In this document: piece by piece, positions 62,401 to 64,000 of the stretch
Layout: the number at the start of each line of letters is the position of its first letter
Numbering within the stretch: position 1 is the first letter of the stretch
Assembly (NCBI RefSeq): GCF_037042905.1
Contig: NC_087250.1
Location: 7,194,001 to 7,258,000, forward strand
Source: Lytechinus pictus
Lineage: Eukaryota
DNA length: 64,000 nt
Direction: 5' to 3'
Program-made: the position numbers and the translations under genes
Notes under the pieces: generated by a model
The model's input: only the letters and a program-made list of their open reading frames with translations
Databases searched by the model: none
What the model was told of the DNA's origin: nothing

Positions 62401-63111
62401 GGTAATGTCCTCAAGAAGAAGCCACCCTTACCAAAACTACTCCATCAGCATCAGATCCAGTCTTCCAGACGGCCCAGCCCAAGGCGAGCCAGTGAACCAA
62501 ACTTACCACCTCCTGATGCTGACAGTACCTCCTTTTCTGTAACTCCCATCAAGAAACTTGAACAGAAGAGAGAAGAGAACAAGTCTCAAGTTTCAACAAT
62601 AAAGAACAGTCTTCCAGATAAGAAGTTCAGCCCTCCGTCTTCTTCCACGAAGAAACAGCGTGGCAAATCCCTCGGAGACGTGCCTTCAGATGCCTCGAGC
62701 AAAGATCATGGTCCGAGTTCAAGTACCACCAGCCTTCCCATCAAGTCCTCGATCATTGAGGAAGATGGTCACCAAGATTCTGCTGATGAAGATTGGGTCG
62801 AGGAGGAAGAGCCTCTTGCCAGACACGTCCAGACGCTGACGGAGAAGACACTCCAGGAATTCGAAACCATTGCTCAATCTGTTGATACCGCCACAACCTC
62901 TGTTATCCACACCCGACCTCCATCATCAGCCGGTGGGCAGTCCATCCATACCGCCAGGAGCTCTATCAGGAGTGTCTCTCCTAGCCCTAGGGTGAGGGAT
63001 GTCATCAATGTGCAAGGAGGTGACCAGGAAGAAAGAGAGTTCTTGAATCAGAGCATCGCGCTCTCTGAAACAAGCAGTGAGGTCTTCAGGGATTTCAACG
63101 ATACCGGAGAG
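47383..63111 (+). CDS. Spliced, 3'-partial gene: ankyrin-repeat N-terminus plus long Lys/Ser-rich disordered region; tentatively MAP3K19/YSK4-like (kinase domain not in window)
   Basis: join(47383-47446,48167-48399,49279-49551,50171-50264,51136-51455,52913-53042,53675-53818,54576-54669,55151-55407,55930-56023,56956-57185,58208-63111) = 6837 nt, 2279 codons; all introns GT-AG, phases match, no stops. Confidence refers to the gene model; the family name is much less certain. Confidence 0.88.
47460..48120. repeat. (GATA)/(GGAT)-based compound repeat with higher-order unit of about 100-120 bp
   Basis: GATAAGTGGATTATAGATAGGTA recurs at about 47594, 47670 and 47778, and more diverged near 47880. 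Confidence 0.85.
48167..48399 (+). CDS. Coding exon 2 (start of first ankyrin repeat)
   Basis: TTACAG|GT...GAG|GTAGGG; ...NLFVAAVRSGDYERVENILQRRSHE. Confidence 0.88.
48327..48965 (+). repeat. Tandem array: exon-2 3' end plus donor, original and 4 copies
   Basis: TACGGAGTGGAGATTACGAGAGGGTAGAGAATATACTGCAAAGGAGAAGCCATGAG|GTA repeated; GT at 48400, 48536, 48678, 48823, 48938. Confidence 0.95.
49279..49551 (+). CDS. Coding exon 3 (ankyrin repeats)
   Basis: TTCCAG|...TTG|GTGAGT; VNVDARDRETGNTALMWAVIKGHIKLIRLLLKYGADV...LLQAAWQGNAQVVRQLL. Confidence 0.93.
49477..49845 (+). repeat. Tandem array: exon-3 3' end plus donor, original and 2 copies (131-bp unit)
   Basis: AGGCATCTCCTGC..CAGCCTGGCAA.GGAAC..ACAGGT.GT.AG.CAACTC.TG|GT repeated; GT at 49552, 49683, 49814. 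Confidence 0.95.
50171..50264 (+). CDS. Coding exon 4
   Basis: TTGCAG|...A|GTAAGT; NESKILDINCRNSDGFTPLLLVTRDVDLFES. Confidence 0.92.
50271..50569 (-). mobile_element. tRNA-derived SINE, same head and core as 33301-33595 but a different tail
   Basis: TGTGGAGCGTTGTGGCCCAGT head, GGTTCAAATCC B box, GAGGTGAATGGGTACC core, (TTA)n end a few bases from the exon-4 donor. Confidence 0.88.
50715..51130. repeat. Polypyrimidine low-complexity tract of about 400 bp upstream of the exon-5 acceptor
   Basis: Almost entirely C/T on the + strand, includes (CTT)n. Confidence 0.9.
51136..51455 (+). CDS. Coding exon 5 (ankyrin repeats)
   Basis: ATTAG|...TCG|GTGAGT; HTALHY, APIHVASKSGSVDVVVALLDHGVDVNTRGYAGSTPLHVS. 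Confidence 0.93.
52130..52990 (+). repeat. Tandem array: acceptor plus exon-6 5' end, 5 degenerate copies upstream of the true exon
   Basis: CAAGCTGGTCAAACTCAGGTCGCTAACACC-like units at about 52197, 52316, 52485, 52622 and 52756, with the true copy at 52916; AG retained at 52312, 52481 and 52613. Confidence 0.93.
52913..53042 (+). CDS. Coding exon 6 (last ankyrin repeat)
   Basis: ATTCAG|...G|GTAAGA; AQAGQTQVANTLLNHGADITIVDDSGNTAVDVAKTKRMKSVLR. Confidence 0.92.
53371..53612 (+). mobile_element. tRNA-derived SINE, degenerate, third tail type
   Basis: TGGTCTAGTGG A box, degenerate B box, CCCAGGTGAGGTGAATCGGTACCCGGTAGGA core, CGGGGGTAATAAT junction. Confidence 0.8.
53675..53818 (+). CDS. Coding exon 7
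   Basis: ACATAG|...A|GTAAGT; DAWMDVTDNKQAEVLSPVKPPSR...; phase 1 to 1. Confidence 0.88.
54310..54512. repeat. (ATT)/(ATC)n degenerate microsatellite
   Basis: Trinucleotide periodicity visible directly. Confidence 0.9.
54576..54669 (+). CDS. Coding exon 8
   Basis: TCTTAG|...GG|GTGAGT; RMMQKFSEAHRALQEEEQLLKDVEAGRYTPG. Confidence 0.88.
54898..55125. repeat. (GAT)/(AAT)n degenerate microsatellite
   Basis: Trinucleotide periodicity visible directly. Confidence 0.9.
55151..55407 (+). CDS. Coding exon 9
   Basis: CTGCAG|...T|GTAAGT; open in the expected phase; Pro/Ser/Arg-rich. Confidence 0.87.
55930..56023 (+). CDS. Coding exon 10 (NAGNAG acceptor)
   Basis: TTTCAG|CAG|ATC...CAG|GTAAGA; phase 1 to 2 bridges exons 9 and 11. 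Confidence 0.85.
55980..56369 (+). repeat. Tandem array: exon-10 3' end plus donor, original, 3 copies and a partial (92-93-bp unit)
   Basis: ACTGTAGTAG.CCTGGACCTAGATGACA.TCTAAGGGATGT..G|GTA repeated; GT at 56024, 56116, 56209, 56301. Confidence 0.95.
56659..56935 (+). mobile_element. tRNA-derived SINE of a second family (Meta-domain-like core, from recall)
   Basis: A box TGGCTCAGTTGG, B box GAGTTCAAACC, followed by GTCAGACCAAA...CCCTGTTTGGCG...TTAAAGGGA and a T-rich end. Confidence 0.75.
56956..57185 (+). CDS. Coding exon 11
   Basis: CCTCAG|...G|GTAAGA; RFQRIMPSGAKQLDRHASTQSD...SQLLNL. Confidence 0.88.
57262..57438. mobile_element. Palindromic Harbinger-like MITE
   Basis: GTTTCATAAAGCTGTTT pairs with AAACAGCTTTATGAAAC, and GAATGACTGGTGATC with GATCACCAGTCATTC. 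Confidence 0.7.
57524..57933. mobile_element. MITE with 6-bp TSD (hAT6-like), copy 2
   Basis: Perfect TIRs CAGACCTGCCAACC and GGTTGGCAGGTCTG; TACATG at 57518-57523 and 57934-57939. Confidence 0.92.
58208..63111 (+). CDS. Coding exon 12, giant exon of 4904 bp, low-complexity and probably disordered
   Basis: TTTACAG| acceptor in phase 1, uninterrupted ORF, GAG|GTAGGT donor; the ORF-track extension to 63195 reads into a MITE. Confidence 0.92.
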
Positions 63112-63127
63112 GTAGGTACAGACCCTG

Positions 63128-63282
63128 GGGCCATTTCAGATAGAGTTACAACTGTGGCAACCTTGCCCTTATTGTTACTCCCATGGAAACTTTGATTGCG
63201 ATTTATTGCTGAACCCTGTTACCAATGTAGTTATTGTAGTGGCAAAGCAACAACAGTTGTAAGTCTTTTATGAAATGGGCCC
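63128..63282. mobile_element. Harbinger-like MITE, 3-bp TSD
   Basis: Imperfect TIRs GGGCCATTTCA and TGAAATGGGCCC; CTG at 63125-63127 and 63283-63285. Confidence 0.75.
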
Positions 63283-64000
63283 CTGTATCTTAACTAATCT
63301 CTTAATAAGACTTTGAAACATAGAAATTGATATCTTCCAATGTAGCTTAATAATTATTGCTTTAGTAATTGAGTATATGAATTTTAAAAAGGCCCAAGTC
63401 CATAGGAGGTCATTTCGAGAAAAATTGAAAAAAAAATTGATATTTTTTTTAATTTGGGCAATTAAAGTATATTTGACCGAAAGAAAGACATCAGAGAACA
63501 TATAAAACAAATTTAAGTGTACATTTTCATGAACATTAATATTTACGTTACTTGTGGGCGGGGCCTTTTGTCTGATGGACTTGGGTCATTCTTAGAATCA
63601 TATGTACTTGGACCATTCTTACATTCATATACATGGTAGACTTCTGTAGTAAGTAGCAGAAATAATGAGAGAGGGCGCTATGATATGAATGTAAGAATAG
63701 CCCAAGTCCTAGATTACCAGATTTTCCTTCTTTAAGGCATTTCTGAGAACAATTTCCCATATTTAACTCAATTTCGCCAAAAATACTCAATTGTTAATAA
63801 TACACTACAGTCACTGATGGTTCATTCAAGATTGCATCCTTGCAGATTTTTCTCTTGAAAGGATATTTTCTAACAGCATGTTTCAGACCTATCATACTAT
63901 TTGTTTTAGGGCAGCATTGCTAGTCTTCAACAATTTATTTTGAAGTGCTTAGGTAGCCAAGAAAATCAACATTACTGATTGATTATACATTGTGTCACTA

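Noticed and set aside
59141..62910. Several antisense and alternate-frame ORFs within the giant exon
   Set aside because: Expected shadow ORFs of a long coding exon; no independent motifs.
63840..63875. Possible acceptor CTTGCAG for the next coding exon
   Set aside because: Phase-0 reading reaches a stop within four codons (ATT TTT CTC TTG AAA GGA TAT TTT CTA ACA GCA TGT continues without kinase-like sequence or a convincing donor); not supported as a coding exon.

Overview
AT-rich, repeat-dense animal genomic DNA. The SINE and MITE repertoire suggests a sea urchin or similar marine deuterostome; this is an inference. No prokaryotic features were seen. (1) A 12-exon, 3'-incomplete gene lies on the + strand. 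Its CDS runs 47383-63111 (2279 codons, all splice phases consistent): N-terminal ankyrin repeats, then a 4.9-kb low-complexity exon. It is tentatively MAP3K19/YSK4-like, with any kinase exons beyond the window, and has a candidate non-coding first exon and RFX X-box near 34.8 kb. (2) A Tx1-clade retrotransposon (- strand, 8495-19807) sits inside a (GAAA)n microsatellite and is split by a 5.7-kb TTAA-flanked piggyBac-like element. (3) A CR1/L2-group LINE (+ strand, about 25130-31914) has an otherwise open ORF2 interrupted by a 1.7-kb foldback element with a 7-bp target-site duplication (TSD). (4) There are many MITEs, including hAT-like families with 5-, 6-, 7- and 8-bp TSDs, tRNA-derived SINEs that share a core but carry different tails, and a Penelope-type minimal hammerhead ribozyme. 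The most unusual observation is that four separate exon-intron junctions of the host gene have been tandemly re-copied into the flanking intron, giving arrays of decoy or poison splice sites. All coordinates were read by eye and no database searches were run.
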